Shown: positions 47,601 through 61,580, counted from the whole stretch's first letter. The stretch: 63,631 nt of DNA, filler included, from Globobulimina sp. (GCA_003354225.1; 27 parts of 27 records of this genome joined end to end with filler, not necessarily neighbours in it); one strand, 5' to 3'. The notes: generated by a model from the sequence alone, not told the origin. Translations and numbers: made by a program.

Positions 47601-48623
47601 ATGGCAGAAGTCACTCATTTTGTAGGGTCTGAGAGAGTGGCAATTATGTGCTTATCCATCATACCAACGATTATCATGGTTCCATTAAATATATTTATCC
47701 TATATGTTTATATCAAATATAACAAAAAAATGACTGATGGATTACCAATGTTTAAAACAACTGTTGTATTTATCGTGATAACAATTTTATTTTTTATTCA
47801 GCATTGTTTACGAGGCATCAATTTATGTTACGGACATGTTAAATATAATTCGTTATATGTTATGACATCCACTCCTTTATATGGTGGGCATTTCCTATTT
47901 TTTATTATTTTATTATTTTGTCGATTGCGTTCTATATTCAATCATACACAGTATGCGTTGACTAAATGTATCAGAAACACTTTTTATTTTTTTATCATAT
48001 TTGGTGTAAGTGATGCCGTGCTATTTTCAGCAGCAGTATTTTTTGAAGGTTTGGAACAAGTTGGCATGATTTTGTATTTTATTGGAACATTGACCATCAT
48101 ATTAACATATTTCTGGATATCATCGCTTTATATTATTAAACTATTTAAGGTAATGAGAGATTCTACAAAAAGTTCTATTAATCCTTCCTCCGAATTTTCT
48201 AAATCAGATTCGCCATCGCCAATAATCAACAGCCGGTCAACAAGCACTCAGTCACCACAACGGTCGCGAATTAGATCTATAAAAGCAAACGAACACATTT
48301 TATCATCAATGACAAAATATACCATTTTAGCGACAATTTCTATATTTACGAATATGATATTTTGGTGTGTTCCGTTCATAGAAGGAGAACGATTCCATCT
48401 CCAATTTATTTATTTATTATTGCAGCAGTTAAGTATTGCCGTAAATATACTTGCATTTGCTTTGGGGTTCCATTTTTCTCGTTCGTTGTATACCAAATTA
48501 TGTATCAGAATGGACAATGTTTGTAAAACATGCTTTGAGAGTATGGTTTATTGTGTATTACAGAAAAATGGACAGAATGACGAACAAAATATTGAAATGG
48601 ATATTAGACAAAATGAAAAATAA
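47601..48623 (+). CDS. Seven-TM GPCR-like membrane protein
   Basis: Seven hydrophobic segments, Ser-rich third intracellular loop, Cys-containing tail. Confidence 0.7.
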   Translation: MAEVTHFVGSERVAIMCLSIIPTIIMVPLNIFILYVYIKYNKKMTDGLPMFKTTVVFIVITILFFIQHCLRGINLCYGHVKYNSLYVMTSTPLYGGHFLFFIILLFCRLRSIFNHTQYALTKCIRNTFYFFIIFGVSDAVLFSAAVFFEGLEQVGMILYFIGTLTIILTYFWISSLYIIKLFKVMRDSTKSSINPSSEFSKSDSPSPIINSRSTSTQSPQRSRIRSIKANEHILSSMTKYTILATISIFTNMIFWCVPFIEGERFHLQFIYLLLQQLSIAVNILAFALGFHFSRSLYTKLCIRMDNVCKTCFESMVYCVLQKNGQNDEQNIEMDIRQNEK

Positions 48624-48823
48624 TTGTAATGTTATATGTATTTGTAAATATATTACATCTGTACATGTTATATAACCATTTACGTGACAATTAATGTATT
48701 GATTGCTCGATGCATAACCATTATTTTATGTGTTGCTGAGAATTGTTGTTTGTTTTTATAATACCGCTGCATCGTTTTTTTAGTTTTTAGATCACCTCCA
48801 CTCAAAAACTTTAACGTACGCAA

Positions 48824-49473
48824 ATGTCACATTCTAAAAGTCCCAAAAATGCGACAGACGTTGGAGCGAATCCAATAAAAAGAGAGGATGAAGGCAATTT
48901 TAAAGTAATTGTTGCGATTGACTTTGGAACGCATGGAACTGGTCTGGGCTATGCAGTTATTAATGATGACGAAAAGAAAGAAAACGAAGTATATATTGAA
49001 CAAGATTGGTGCAAAAATGTTGACAATAAAAACAAAACAGACATTCTATTAAAGGCGAATGGTACATTTAAAGCATTTGGTGAAGAGGCTTTGCAATTGT
49101 TTAGTTACTGTATATCACACAACTTATCACACAAAACAAAAAAACACGACACAGATACATGAACCAAGGCGATTCAGATTCGGACGATGATGATTCCTCC
49201 GGTTCCGGTTCAGATAATGACGATGACGACGGAGATCAAAAAGAAAATAGACTCGCAAACAAAGACATGTTATTTGAATCATTTAAGATGGCATTATACG
49301 AGAAAAAAATCGATGGATCGGATAGTGATATCCGAGATAAAATTGCTTGTCAAGATGGCAGATTATATTCGACAGCAACTGTCTTCATAGCGGCGTTGAC
49401 CTTTATCCGTCAACATATATTTGCCACCTTTCGAAAGAAAAAAGTTAACGTCAGCAGTATCGACGAAGTACAG
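48824..49473 (+). CDS. HSPA12-like atypical Hsp70, N-terminus; intron 49099..49154
   Basis: VIVAIDFGTHGTGLGYA, KNKTDILL, FKAFGEEA, LFESFKMALY. Confidence 0.8.
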
Positions 49474-50118
49474 NNNNNNNNNNNNNNNNNNNNNNNNNNN
49501 NNNNNNNNNNNNNNNNNTTAATTAATTAANNNNNNNNNNNNNNNNNNNNNNNNNNNNNNNNNNNNNNNNNNNNAACTGCAATCAGGTTCTGAAACAAAAG
49601 GGATCGAAGACATGATTTTGCAATAAACAGTCTTTTTAAAAAAAAGTCACACTGTGCGAATGGACGCAAAACATGGTGTCACTGTTTTAGTTTTGATATG
49701 ACTTTCATCCCATTAACATAATGTTGAGGATTGACGTCGTATAAATAGCTGTTTGGTTTTAATAACTTTTCCCAACAAAATATGGACTTAGTATCTCAAT
49801 GTTAGAGACTGTGCCTGCAGCTTTTATGATGTTTCCTTCAGGAAAAACAAAACAGAAACGTTTGTTTCTGGAACCAAGTGACATGCACTGTTCGGATTGA
49901 TTCTTATTCAAACTGTAATCCTTACTACAACAACATCTGATGGATACAATTCACAGTGATGTAGGTTAAAATCCTGCCTAAGTCATCAACATATAAACTT
50001 TTTCTTTTTACAGTAAATAATTATCCTACAAAGAAAAAAGCATGCTTTGACCTTAAAAAAACTTAAGTCACTACTTTTATGATAAATAGACCTTGCATCC
50101 AGCCTTGCGCTTAAAAAA

Positions 50119-51762
50119 ATGAAACGTGGATTACCAGTTCACGCAGATTCTGCGCCACCACCACCAAAAAAACGTAAATTAACTCAACCAGACACACAAA
50201 CAGAAGCAAGTGTATCTGTTGATGAAGCAAAACCAGGTCGATTCAAACCAGGCCAAATTGTTTATGAAGATGACGACTTTCAATTTGAATTTTTATACAA
50301 TGATCAACAAGAAAGTCATCTCATCGCTTTATGTGATTTAAAAGTTAATTAATTCCCAAACTCACACATTCACCATGCCCGCAATCATAATAACTCATAA
50401 AAATAGCAAATATTCGCAGCGTGTTTACCCAGAATGGGCACTCGCTACGTTACAAGGCATGTATTTGATGAACATCATCGTTTAATATGTTGCCGATCAA
50501 AAACGAAAACGAATCACAACAACAACAATAACCACAACATAACGTTTCCAATATTATACCCCGTGATTGGCGGCATTTGTATCCGTCCTTTCTACCAACA
50601 GCAGTTTGGTGAAGTTGTTTTCTTAGCCGTTCATAACCAACATCAGCACAAATCCGTTGGACGCAAAATAATGCGAGTCATGAAACACGTTGCTATCAAA
50701 GAGAACTTGCACCATTTTTACACCTACGCCGATAACAAAGCCATTGGCTTCTTTCAGAAAATGGGATTTATAAAACGGAAGAAACAAACCAATAACAACA
50801 ACAACAAGGAGCTATTTCGCGATTATATTAAACATTACACCGGCTCTGAACTCATGGAATGCAAATTGTACGCCACTGTGAATTATATCAATTTGGATGA
50901 TAACCTACGTGCCATTGAGCGAGACATTTTATTTCAATGCGAAAACCATCGCAAAGCGCAATTCAGCGCCGATTTTGACACTGAATATGAAGTGAATGAG
51001 TCGTTTCTAATCAGTATAAACAAATTAATTGTGATTTTGGATTTGGATGATTCTTTTTTGAATGACGATGATGACCAATTGTTAATTGATACTTTCTCGG
51101 ATTTGAAGATTATAAATGACCGAGATTTGTATCGGAAAAGTATTGCTTCGAATGAAGTGAATTTAAAGCAATTATTGGATGACACATTTGGGCCAAAATG
51201 TGGCACGGAAATCTATAATAAATTTGTGGATTATTTGACGAAACCAAATGATAAATTGGTATTGAATCATATTCATATTTTGGAGCATATCAATGGAGTT
51301 AAACATGAATGGATTGCTATAAATGGCGGTTGTAACAATAAGGAGGAGGTGAATAATAAGCGGAGGTCTTGTCGGTTTTTGCCAGTTCGGATGAAGGCAA
51401 CGTGGATTTTAAAAAGGTTAATTAAGAACGACGATGCATATCCATTTAATGAGCCTGTTCCAAGGGAAGTGGAGGGATATTATGAAAGGATTAAATATCC
51501 GATGGATTTGCAAACTATGAATGAGAAGAATGACCGCGGCAAATACACGGAATGGAAACAGTTTGATAAGGATTTTAGATTAGTTATTGCGAATTGTAAA
51601 GAGTTTAATGAACCGGGATCTGAAATCGTTAAAACGTGTATTCGTTTGGATGAATATTATGTGCAATGCTCCATTAAATATGATCGGAGTATGGCGGAGA
51701 AAAATGTTACAAAGAAAATCAACAATTCGATGAAAATATTTCTATGCTTCTTGATAGTATAA
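50119..51762 (+). CDS. GCN5: GCN5-like histone acetyltransferase with bromodomain; intron 50344..50406; 3' end uncertain
   Basis: LK|QIFAACLPRM, IGGICIRPF, EVVFLAV, TYADNKAIGFFQKMGF, IKHYTGSELMEC; bromodomain PFNEPV, YPMDL, NCKEFN. Confidence 0.92.
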
Positions 51763-51933
51763 AAACCGGTATTGATAAAGCTTCAAAGATTGTAACGGGA
51801 TTGAATCAATTTAGTAGAGATCCAAAATTTAGTNNNNNNNNNNNNNNNNNNNNNNNNNNNNNNNNNNNNNNNNNNNNTTAATTAATTAANNNNNNNNNNN
51901 NNNNNNNNNNNNNNNNNNNNNNNNNNNNNNNNN

Positions 51934-54193
51934 AAAACAATCTTATCAATTATCAAACATCACCACATATTTACCAATTGACACAAAAGTGTTATGAGAA
52001 TTTATTAAAAACAAAATCAAACCAAAGCATTATCATAATGGGAGAATCCGGAGCAGGAAAAACATTCAATCAGCATGAAATAATCAGTTATTTGAGCACA
52101 AAAACAAATGTTGAAAATATCTTAAAAGCAATAAATATTTTGGAGTGTTTTGGCAATGCGACTCGATTTGGCGAATGGATAAATGTTGAATTTAATAACA
52201 AAACTGGACAAATCATTGGTTGTGTATTCAAACATTATTTGCTTGAAACATCACCAATCAGTACATTTGAAAATAAATTGCAATCATTTGATTTTGACAG
52301 ACTTGCAACGCAATTTCAAGAAATTGGATTTACACAATATGACATTCAATGTATACGGCGGATATTATTGGCGATATTACACATTGGAACACAAGATACC
52401 AATACTTTCGATAAAATATACAAATTATTAGAGATTAAAGCAGATATAAATGAATTTGAAACAATGTATAAACACTGCACCGCAATGAAACTACCAAATC
52501 ACAAACAGAAATCATCGGAAATGACCAATTCTATCGCAAAGTTTTTACACTTGTCATTATTTAAATATTTATTTTATAGTTTATCGAAATTATTTGCAAG
52601 AAATCGCAATGTTAAAAAAGAGGATGTATCATTTATAAATATTTTGGATTTTTGCGGATTTCAAGCATTTGATGCTGGTAATAATTTTGATCAATTTATA
52701 CTGAATTGGAACGCAGAAAAATTTCAACAAATATTTTTAAAGCACATTTTTGAAACAGAAAATAAGATTTATTCCAAAGAATTAATATCTGCGAGTACAG
52801 AAACAATATTATCAATGAATGAAACAGAGATTATGAATGAAAATATGAATGTATTAAAATTATTGGAATGCCCGGCTGATGGCTTGTTATCATTGCTTGA
52901 CATTCACACAAAACTATGGCATACTCAACAAAGTGAAGAAGCACAGAGCAAATTATTGGATGAAATGAATGAAAAATTTGCAAATAACAAGTATTATAAA
53001 AAAAGTGAAAGGGAGAAACATTTCGTGATTAAGCATTTTGGCGGAGAAGTTGAGTATGCCATTGACGATTTTATTAAACGCAATGACGATTACTATCCCA
53101 CAGCAATGATTACCATGTTTGAACATAGCAAAAATAAAATATTGTCGGAATGTACCAAATTGCATATTCAAAGAACGAATTTTAATCGAGAAACATCAAA
53201 TAATCAAACTAAAACAATGCATTTTGAAAAAGATCTAGAATTGAATGATTTAGTGTGTCAAGTTGAAAATACGGACCCTCATTTTGTGCGATGTATCCGA
53301 ACGAACAATGCTAAAAAACCTAAAGTTTTTGATTCTAAGTTAGTATTGCGGCAAATAAAAAATTTAGGGTTGCTCGATATTATAAAAATTAGAAACTCTG
53401 GATTGGCCACTCGGTTTCGCAAAAATGAATTTATCACTAGATATATTTGGTTGTGTGAAGACAGAAACAAAATTGCTACATTTTTGGGCGAAAGACAATC
53501 AGAAAAAACACTACCTGATGAAGTATTAAATGAAATATCACAAGATTTAATTGATGAATTTTGGAAATATGAAATTGGCAAAAATAACGACATACAGAAA
53601 TATCAGTTACAGAGAGGAACAAAACATATGTTTATGACAGCAAAAGTTTATTCAGAATTTGAGAAGCTTCGAGATAAGAAATTAAAGAATGTATTTTATC
53701 GGATTGAGGGAACAATGCATTCCAGAATGATCCGAACACATTACAATAAAATAGCAAAGTTATATAAATCATTAAAGAAAGCGGTTGATAACTTAGATTA
53801 TGACGCGATAAATGAAACATTGCAATGTATTAAAGATATAAAATCTGAACTTGACATTAAAGATGGAATTTTAAAACATCATTTAGTTAAAAAAGCACAG
53901 CATTTGTTGGCAAAGAAAGAGTATACAATTAACAGTATACAAAATAATATGGATGAAATGGAGAGAGTGAGCTCATGCCCATCGATTTCAATCGAGTCTG
54001 GAGATTTTAGTCAATATGAATGTGATGGAAATGATGAAGATAAAAAAGTAGAGGAGTTTAAAGAATTAATGTCTATCATTAAAATGACACAAAATAAATT
54101 ACGTAACCAATCAAATGCCAATCAATTCACTCAAACAATACCGACTGATACTGGCAATTTTTCAATATCAGAATATCATAAAATTGCAACCGA
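51934..54193 (+). CDS. Divergent myosin heavy chain motor domain, partial
   Basis: NQSIIIMGESGAGKT, LECFGNA, ILDFCGFQ, FVIKHFGGEVEY, PHFVRCIRTN. Confidence 0.9.
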
Positions 54194-54293
54194 NNNNNNN
54201 NNNNNNNNNNNNNNNNNNNNNNNNNNNNNNNNNNNNNTTAATTAATTAANNNNNNNNNNNNNNNNNNNNNNNNNNNNNNNNNNNNNNNNNNNN

Positions 54294-55437
54294 ATTAACT
54301 GATATAGGTATTTATAATGATTTAGAATTAGGCTCCTTTTTGGCCAATGGATACGGCGCAGAAGCATTACATTATTTATTTTCAATCGGCAACATAGCAT
54401 TTGCAGATCGCAATGAATATATGGCCGATCGAGATTTTGTTAATGTGCCTGTTGAAGGGTTACAGGATTATAATTATATAAAACAAAGAGCTATGGATTA
54501 TATAAATGATACCTTGCAACAAATGCCGGTTCCATTTGGTTATCCAGCTGGTTATAATGAGACATATGAACAGTCCGTCTCTCATGAAAGTGGCACTGCA
54601 CACTTTTGTATTGTTGATCGTTTTGGGAATGTAGCAAGCATTACATCCACTATTGAAGGTCCATTTGGTTCGCAGGTTGCTGTTGATGGCTATGGCTTTT
54701 TTTTAAATAATGAATTGACTGATTTTAATGCAAAAGGTATGATAAATTATACACGAACTGCTAACGGAGCGGAAGGAGGTAAAAAACAAAGAATTTCAGC
54801 AGTAAATTTATTTAATTATGCTGATGCTGACACGTATGGTGGTAAACGACCACGATCCTCAATGTCACCGTTGATTGTATTAAATCATAATACTAATAAA
54901 CCATATTTAGCAGTTGGAGGGAGAGGCGGTTCATCAATCATCAGCAATACATTTGATATCGTTGTAAGACATTTATTATATTCTTCAAATATCCAAACAG
55001 CAATAAATGATGCAAGATTATACTCAACCAATTCAGGAAGTGGTCAATTAAAATTTGAGAAATCAAAATGGCAGTCCATTAATATTAATATTACGCAAGA
55101 AATGGTACGTAAATTTGGTTATGATATATCAAATTTAATTGATACCTCATATGGATCGTGTAATGGAATTAGTATTGATAATGATAATAATTTGTTATAT
55201 TGTGGTGTGGATAAAACACGAAGAGCCTTAGAAGGGTGTGCTGCAGTTTGTAATTCAACGGACTCTGTTTGTCCATTTGCCGCTACAACTGCTTATCCAC
55301 AGAGTACAGCAACCTCAGAAACACAAGTTAGTACTACCCAAGATGGAGCAGATGCTGCTGTAGCAATATCATCATTAGTAGTTGTAAAAATGATTGGTAT
55401 TATTTTATTTTTTATTTTGTTTGAAGAGATTCAATGA
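54294..55437 (+). CDS. ggt: Gamma-glutamyltranspeptidase, 5'-partial, with C-terminal hydrophobic tail
   Basis: AFADRNEY, catalytic SG-TAHFCIVD, LNNELTDF, KRPRSSMSP, GGRGGS. Confidence 0.92.
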
Positions 55438-55448
55438 TAATGGAAGCC

Positions 55449-55524
55449 TTTATGTGTCCCCTTTAATTTATAAACAATGAATTTGAATGTGTCCCCTTTA
55501 ATTTTTTATGTGTCCCTTTAATTT
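55449..55524. repeat. Three copies of atgtgtccc(c)tttaattt downstream of ggt
   Basis: Copies near 55452, 55487 and 55508. Confidence 0.7.
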
Positions 55525-55900
55525 AAACGTTTTAACGTTTCTGAGTTTGAATTAGTCAGTAAGCATAATCCGGTTTTTTCAGTGATACTGTTCCTTTTGT
55601 GTTTTGTTCAGCTCAGTATTAAACATAATTTTTGTTCGAGATGGTTAAAGCAAACTGAATTAACTGTTCCATTCCATGGTTAAAAGATAAATATTAGTGA
55701 AGAAAACTTGTGCAAGGATAATAATTAAAAGAAATTTAATTACTGGGCACATTCGAACAAACAACCACGTTATATTTAAAAAAAATAATTATTAATAATT
55801 AAAAAATACTAATTATAATTAAATTTATAAAAGGAGAGAATTCTACAACATATCATCTATAATTATGAATGCTATAAAAGTTAAACAATATGTAAATGTG

Positions 55901-56553
55901 CTAATATGTGATACCATCCCTTGTGGATGATTTTGGTGTGCAATTTGAACACGTTTTTTTATTTTGATTATCATTGTGTGGAGCGGATAATTTTTGACTT
56001 ATATCGATTTGATTTAGTGATAAATTATTTTTATGTTCGCTGTTTAGGACATAAGTGACAGTTTCACCGATGATAAATTGCATAGCTTTTTTAATATTTT
56101 TTCCAGTTTTAGCCGACGTAGAAAACCATCCAAGAAAGTTATTTTCTTTACAAAATTCATCCAATTCACTGTCATTAAATTTTCGTAACGCTGGTTGTTG
56201 TTCAATTAAATCCCATTTGTTCGCAAATAAAATGGCCGGTATATGATTACCATTCGGTAGAAATATCTTATCATCGACGTCGTTTTTCCACTTTTTCGCA
56301 TTTTGTAAGGATATTCTTTGTGTAATATCAAATACAACAATTGCAGCCAATGCATTTTTATAATATGTACGGGTTAATCCAATAAATCTTTCCTGGCCGG
56401 CGATGTCCCAGAGCTGTATGGACCATTTAATGTTTTGTACTTTTACATATTTTGTAGCAATATCCATTCCGATGGTTGGTTCTGTTGCTTCATATGTTTT
56501 GTAAACATATCGACGAAGTATTGATGTTTTCCCAGAGTTGATAGAATATGAAA
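55901..56553 (-). CDS. Rab32/38/29-like small GTPase, 5'-partial
   Basis: SGKTS, PTIG, subfamily motif WDIAGQERF, ANKWD, TSAK. Confidence 0.88.
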
Positions 56554-57785
56554 NNNNNNNNNNNNNNNNNNNNNNNNNNNNNNNNNNNNNNNNNNNNTTA
56601 ATTAATTAANNNNNNNNNNNNNNNNNNNNNNNNNNNNNNNNNNNNNNNNNNNNCTGAAGGAAAATGCCAATTTAATAAATCCATATTTATAACAATATTT
56701 TTTTTATTTTGCGTAAATATTTGCCAAGTTTTATAAATATATTCATCATATTTCATATATGATATTTTATTCAATGAATAACAAAATAAATGTTCCAAGA
56801 AATCAATATCTTTCTTATTCACTTTGTTTATTCAGCAAATACCGTTACAGAGAAAGCTAATTTAAGTTTGAGACTCAAGGCACGGATATCCGCTCTACGT
56901 TTGTCTTCCGCCTCTTTCATAAATTTCATATTCCACATTCCCTTCGTTTGTGCGTCCGAAATATATTTATCTTTCTTCTTTTTTGCTGATTCTGCCTCAG
57001 TTTCAAACTTTATATAACAACAAAAAATATTTTATTATAAATCCGTACAAATCCGAAAAAAAATATATAGTTTCAAACTAGAATTTCTTTACAATCAGTT
57101 AATGCGACGGAGGTTTCAACAAAAAATATTTTCATTCTGGAAAATATCATCATTCGTGCGACGGAGTTTCAAACTGTAAAATAATTTTGCGATGAAAAAA
57201 AAATACCTTTATTTTTATCGGACTTTTCGGACTTTTTAGGATCTTTCTCTTTTAAACTGTGATGTTCGGCTGCTTTTGATTGACTTTGATAATGTTGTTT
57301 ATGCTGCGGAGTTGTGCTGGTTGTGGTGATTGTGGATATGGTGCATTTTGTTGTTGTGCATCGTTTTTTGTTTCCTGAGGTCAAATTAATATTATTTAAC
57401 TGTTGCACATTTTGCTGCGTTTGATATTAAAGACAAAGCCAATGTAAGTTTGAATATAGATCATCATTTTTTGTTTTCTGTTGCATATAATTATGAACCA
57501 CAGGTCTATTACAGGTAGATTCCTTTCCATCATTTTGATAAAATATCCGTCCCGCTGCAGTACGACATAAAGTCCTATTTTGCTGCGCATTGGGCTCATG
57601 CTGTCGTTGTGACTGTTTATATACATCCAGATAATGAAGCTGACAAAGCCAATATAAGTTTGACCTCTTCATTTTCTTTCTCTTTTGATTGACTTTCCTT
57701 ATTGCCCATTATTACAAAGTCATTTACAAAAAAACATTTTTGACCCTCATGCTTTATATAAATATAAATTGTCAGGTATCAAACA

Positions 57786-58253
57786 ATGGGCTGTATCTGC
57801 CACACAAGGCCTGCGCATGCGGAGTGGAAACAGATCATAATATTGGATGCTGAGCCAATTGTTGAGAATGCATCTGTACTGTTTTCATATTTTAGAAACA
57901 ATAGTAATTTGCGTTCATTATGGAACACGTACAAAATTAATGAGAATGGACATCATGGAATGGAGTATTCAGAATTTGAACAATTACTGATTGCCACTCA
58001 ACAAATATTTGACAATATAAAAGGTTCGTGCTGTGATGTTGATATTGGCCGAATTCGAAAGAAAATAATTGCCCAAACACCACAAAAAATGGAAGAAATT
58101 AAAAGCATCGTAAATCAAACTGCACCCAAACTGGCGGTTAAATTTGATAAAGATGGTGATGGAATATTTTCGTATAATGAATTTCAAGAAATAGCTAAAT
58201 ATATCAAGCATGAATATAATAAAAAATGTGAAACTGTGACGGTTACTTATTGA
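57786..58253 (+). CDS. EF-hand protein with likely N-terminal acylation
   Basis: MGCIC start; EF loop DKDGDGIFSYNEF. Confidence 0.75.
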   Translation: MGCICHTRPAHAEWKQIIILDAEPIVENASVLFSYFRNNSNLRSLWNTYKINENGHHGMEYSEFEQLLIATQQIFDNIKGSCCDVDIGRIRKKIIAQTPQKMEEIKSIVNQTAPKLAVKFDKDGDGIFSYNEFQEIAKYIKHEYNKKCETVTVTY

Positions 58254-58706
58254 CTGTGTGATACATTATAACCGAGTCAGTAATTTATATAAAATGTTTG
58301 CGTTTATTTTATTTATTATTGGCTCGATCAATATTTTTTTATTTTATTTTATTTTTTCACCTAGCTTTTTCCGCTTATTTTTTTAAATAATTTATTTTTT
58401 ATTTGTTTTTTCTCTGAATTTTGTTTAATTTTAATATGAGCTTTTAAATGCATATCAAAACATTTTTGGGTGCCCCATGTTTTGCCTATCAAAAAAACAA
58501 TATCCACTTCCACTGTATATTTACTGTTTAGCCACTGCTTTTTATGTAAACACAGTGTAGTTGAATGTTGTTGTTTTTGATAGGCAAAACATGGGGTTCG
58601 CAAAAATATATTTAATGCAACATATTTAATGAAGTAGGTTTTTCGATCATTTTTATACAATCCAAATCCGGTAAAGTGATAATTACTTACTTTTAATTGA
58701 GATAAT

Positions 58707-58913
58707 ATGGATAAGAAAGAGAATGAGTTGGAGGCATTATTGCAGGTTGAAGGCAGAGGTTGGAGAGTTGAATTATTTGCAGATGAAAAGAATATATTAA
58801 ATGTGTTGTGTGCATACTGCGGTGCTGTTTGTCGAGAAGCGGTGGAATTAGGCTGTGATCATAATGATTGTGAGATATTTCTTCATTGTAAGCAATGTTT
58901 AACAGATTTAATA
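58707..58913 (+). CDS. RING-like zinc-finger protein, N-terminus
   Basis: CAYC...CDH...HCKQC spacing; open to the contig end. Confidence 0.6.
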
Positions 58914-59013
58914 NNNNNNNNNNNNNNNNNNNNNNNNNNNNNNNNNNNNNNNNNNNNTTAATTAATTAANNNNNNNNNNNNNNNNNNNNNNNNNNNNNNN
59001 NNNNNNNNNNNNN

Positions 59014-61272
59014 AGATGGTGCAAATCAAACTGGTATTTGTTATAAAAGATTTGCAATTGATACACAAAAACACATTATTGTAACAATTGAAAATCGATT
59101 ATCCGTATTATATTTGTATATGTTTCATGTATTATGTATCCTTTTTGTATTATAATTAATATCGATACAAAAAGGATATGATAGACCCGGTTTAAGCCAG
59201 TCACGAACCTCTGCCACAGGAATACAATCGGGCCTCGGTGCGATATCTGGCATCAACAATGACGACAATAGCTATCGGATCCGCAGTGCCGCCGACGACC
59301 CACAGACCATCATACCATCGCAAATCAGCGCGTATAACCCCAATATCCCGGCGCCCACTGTCCCGGAAGAGAGCAGTTCGTCGGAAGACAACGAGTTGAA
59401 TATTTTGATGAGCGGGAAGGCGTTCGATAATGATGCAGATGACGAGGAGGAGGAAGACGATGCGGATGCGGATAAAATAAAACAAGCGCAGCAAATGGAT
59501 AAAAAAGCAGAAATCGAAAAGAAAGCACAAGAAAAAGAAGAGAAAGAGCCAGAAAAAAAAGAGGAAAAAGAAGAGAAAGTGCAAGAAAAAGAAGAGCAAA
59601 AAGAAGAGGTAAAAGAGGTAGAAAAGGAAGAGGAAATCGAGTCTTCTTCGTCCGATGACGATGGTGGTTTATCTGATTGGTTATTACTCATTGGATTTAA
59701 GAAAAAGAAATTAGCGCTGATGTTGCTTGCATTGAGCGAGTTGGGTTTGGACACAATGTTCGATTTAGAGACTTTGTTAATAGATTTATACAAAAACTCA
59801 TACGGCAATCAACAAAAACAATGGATGGACAAAATCCAAACCGATTTGATGTCGCAAGGCATCAAATATGCGCAGTGGATCCGGTTCAGCACCAAAGCAC
59901 AGTCAATGATTGAGGCCAAAGTGAAAAAACAACAGCAAGCCAGCAATGAAAAGGAAAATAAAGAAGACGAGCAAAACAAAGCAAGCGCCAAGAAAATATC
60001 TGATAACATCACCGGGACAGTGGCGGGAAGCGGATTCATTGTGATGCAAAGTGAGGAGGCGGCGCAGTTGGAAGCACTCCGCAATGCTATGAGTTATATT
60101 TACGGCGGCATCGAGAATTTGGATGCAAACGTGTTATCGGTGGAAACTGCGGAAAAAGCCGCCACTGATTTGGTTGAAAAGGAGTTTAGAAATTTACTGC
60201 GACAGATCGAACAACGCAAAAATATGTTACTGTCGCAAATCTCGCGCGTGTCTGAGGACAAAAGCGGCCTTTTAAGCACACAAAACACGCTCTTACGGAG
60301 CATCGCGGCGCAGTACGAAGAGAATTTGCATGAATTCCAAAGTATTTTAGCCAACAACCAAAATATCAGAGGCAAGAACCAGATCACAAAGCGGCAGAAC
60401 AAATTGATCAATTTGGTGCAAAATGTGCTGCAGAAATATCGAGCTGAGATTGAGTCCAATATTCAACCACAATGTACCTCATTGATCGGCTTCCATTGCA
60501 ATATCACGCCCATTGTCTTGGAATTGAACAAATTGGGCCTGGTCACCTGGGGAAATCCGCCGCAGTCTCCGTTTATTGTCAATATCGCGACCACAGATTG
60601 GAGCGTCACCATTGTGTACACCTACCACGACCAGGCCCGAAATAAGAAAATCGCGTCGGACCCCATCATCGCGTACGAGATTCAATGCGTTTTATGCAAG
60701 AATGAGGAGAATTTGCTGTGGAATTTTGAGTATGAAATGAAAAAAACAAAAAAAGAACGCGACAGAAAACATAAAAAAAAGCATGGTGTGATCGACCACG
60801 GCATCATCACCAAACAAGTGACGGCGTCGCCGGGCAAAAATAAATGTGTGTTGTTGGGCTTTGTGGTGGAAAACAAAGACTATGTCTTACGAATGCGGTG
60901 CCAAAACCGCAACGGATGGAGTGCGTACAGCAAATGCGTACTATGTCGGACTAAGAAAAAGAAGAAACGAAAAGTAAAATTGATTAATAAACTCAAAGTA
61001 ATCCGGCACCGCGGTTCGACGCAAGATGGCTCGCCCAACAATTTGCTATTCAATAACGAGAAATCTTTATATCAATCGCTGTCGAATCAAGATTTTATAA
61101 ATGAGTTCACAAATTATAAGAGAATGAACAAAAATAACAAGCAATTCACGGATTGGATGATATTCGATTTGGGCACTTTTATCGAATTAATTACATTTAA
61201 AATCAAGTTCGATGCGTTGCATTATCGATGGGGCAATGTGCCCAAATTGATTTATATCGATATCGCGTCGTA
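59014..61272 (+). CDS. Coiled-coil plus fibronectin type III protein (TRIM-like layout), partial
   Basis: Acidic and lysine-rich region, coiled coil, FN3 motifs PPQSP and YVLRMRCQNRNGWSAYS, then a discoidin-like WMIFDLG; the frame is open upstream of 59396 to an intron. Confidence 0.7.
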
Positions 61273-61580
61273 NNNNNNNNNNNNNNNNNNNNNNNNNNNN
61301 NNNNNNNNNNNNNNNNTTAATTAATTAANNNNNNNNNNNNNNNNNNNNNNNNNNNNNNNNNNNNNNNNNNNNCGTGAACTTACTAATAATTATAACCTAT
61401 AGACATAATTTTATATTTCTGTATAATACTACCTACTCTTTCTGTTGACATAATAATAATAGACTTGCCGTGGCCATGGGACTTAGTAATATCTAGCACT
61501 GAACACACAAATGAAATTAAAAATTAATAAAATCAATTCAGTTCAATTCAATTCAAGCGTCAGTTAATAGAAAGCAGCCA

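Noticed and set aside
56998..57177. Four gtttcaa(a)c motifs resembling the start of CRISPR repeats
   Set aside because: Only about 8-11 bp conserved, irregular spacing (71, 42, 54 bp), eukaryotic context, no cas genes
56790..57710. Possible multi-exon minus-strand gene starting MGNKES
   Set aside because: I could not build a consistent in-frame splice model by eye, so it is left uncalled
59201..60876. Long antisense ORFs (59272..59808, 60100..60459; likewise 18416..18781, 35778..36218, 41966..42367, 63078..63596)
   Set aside because: Shadow frames of real genes or low-complexity sequence, with no motifs of their own
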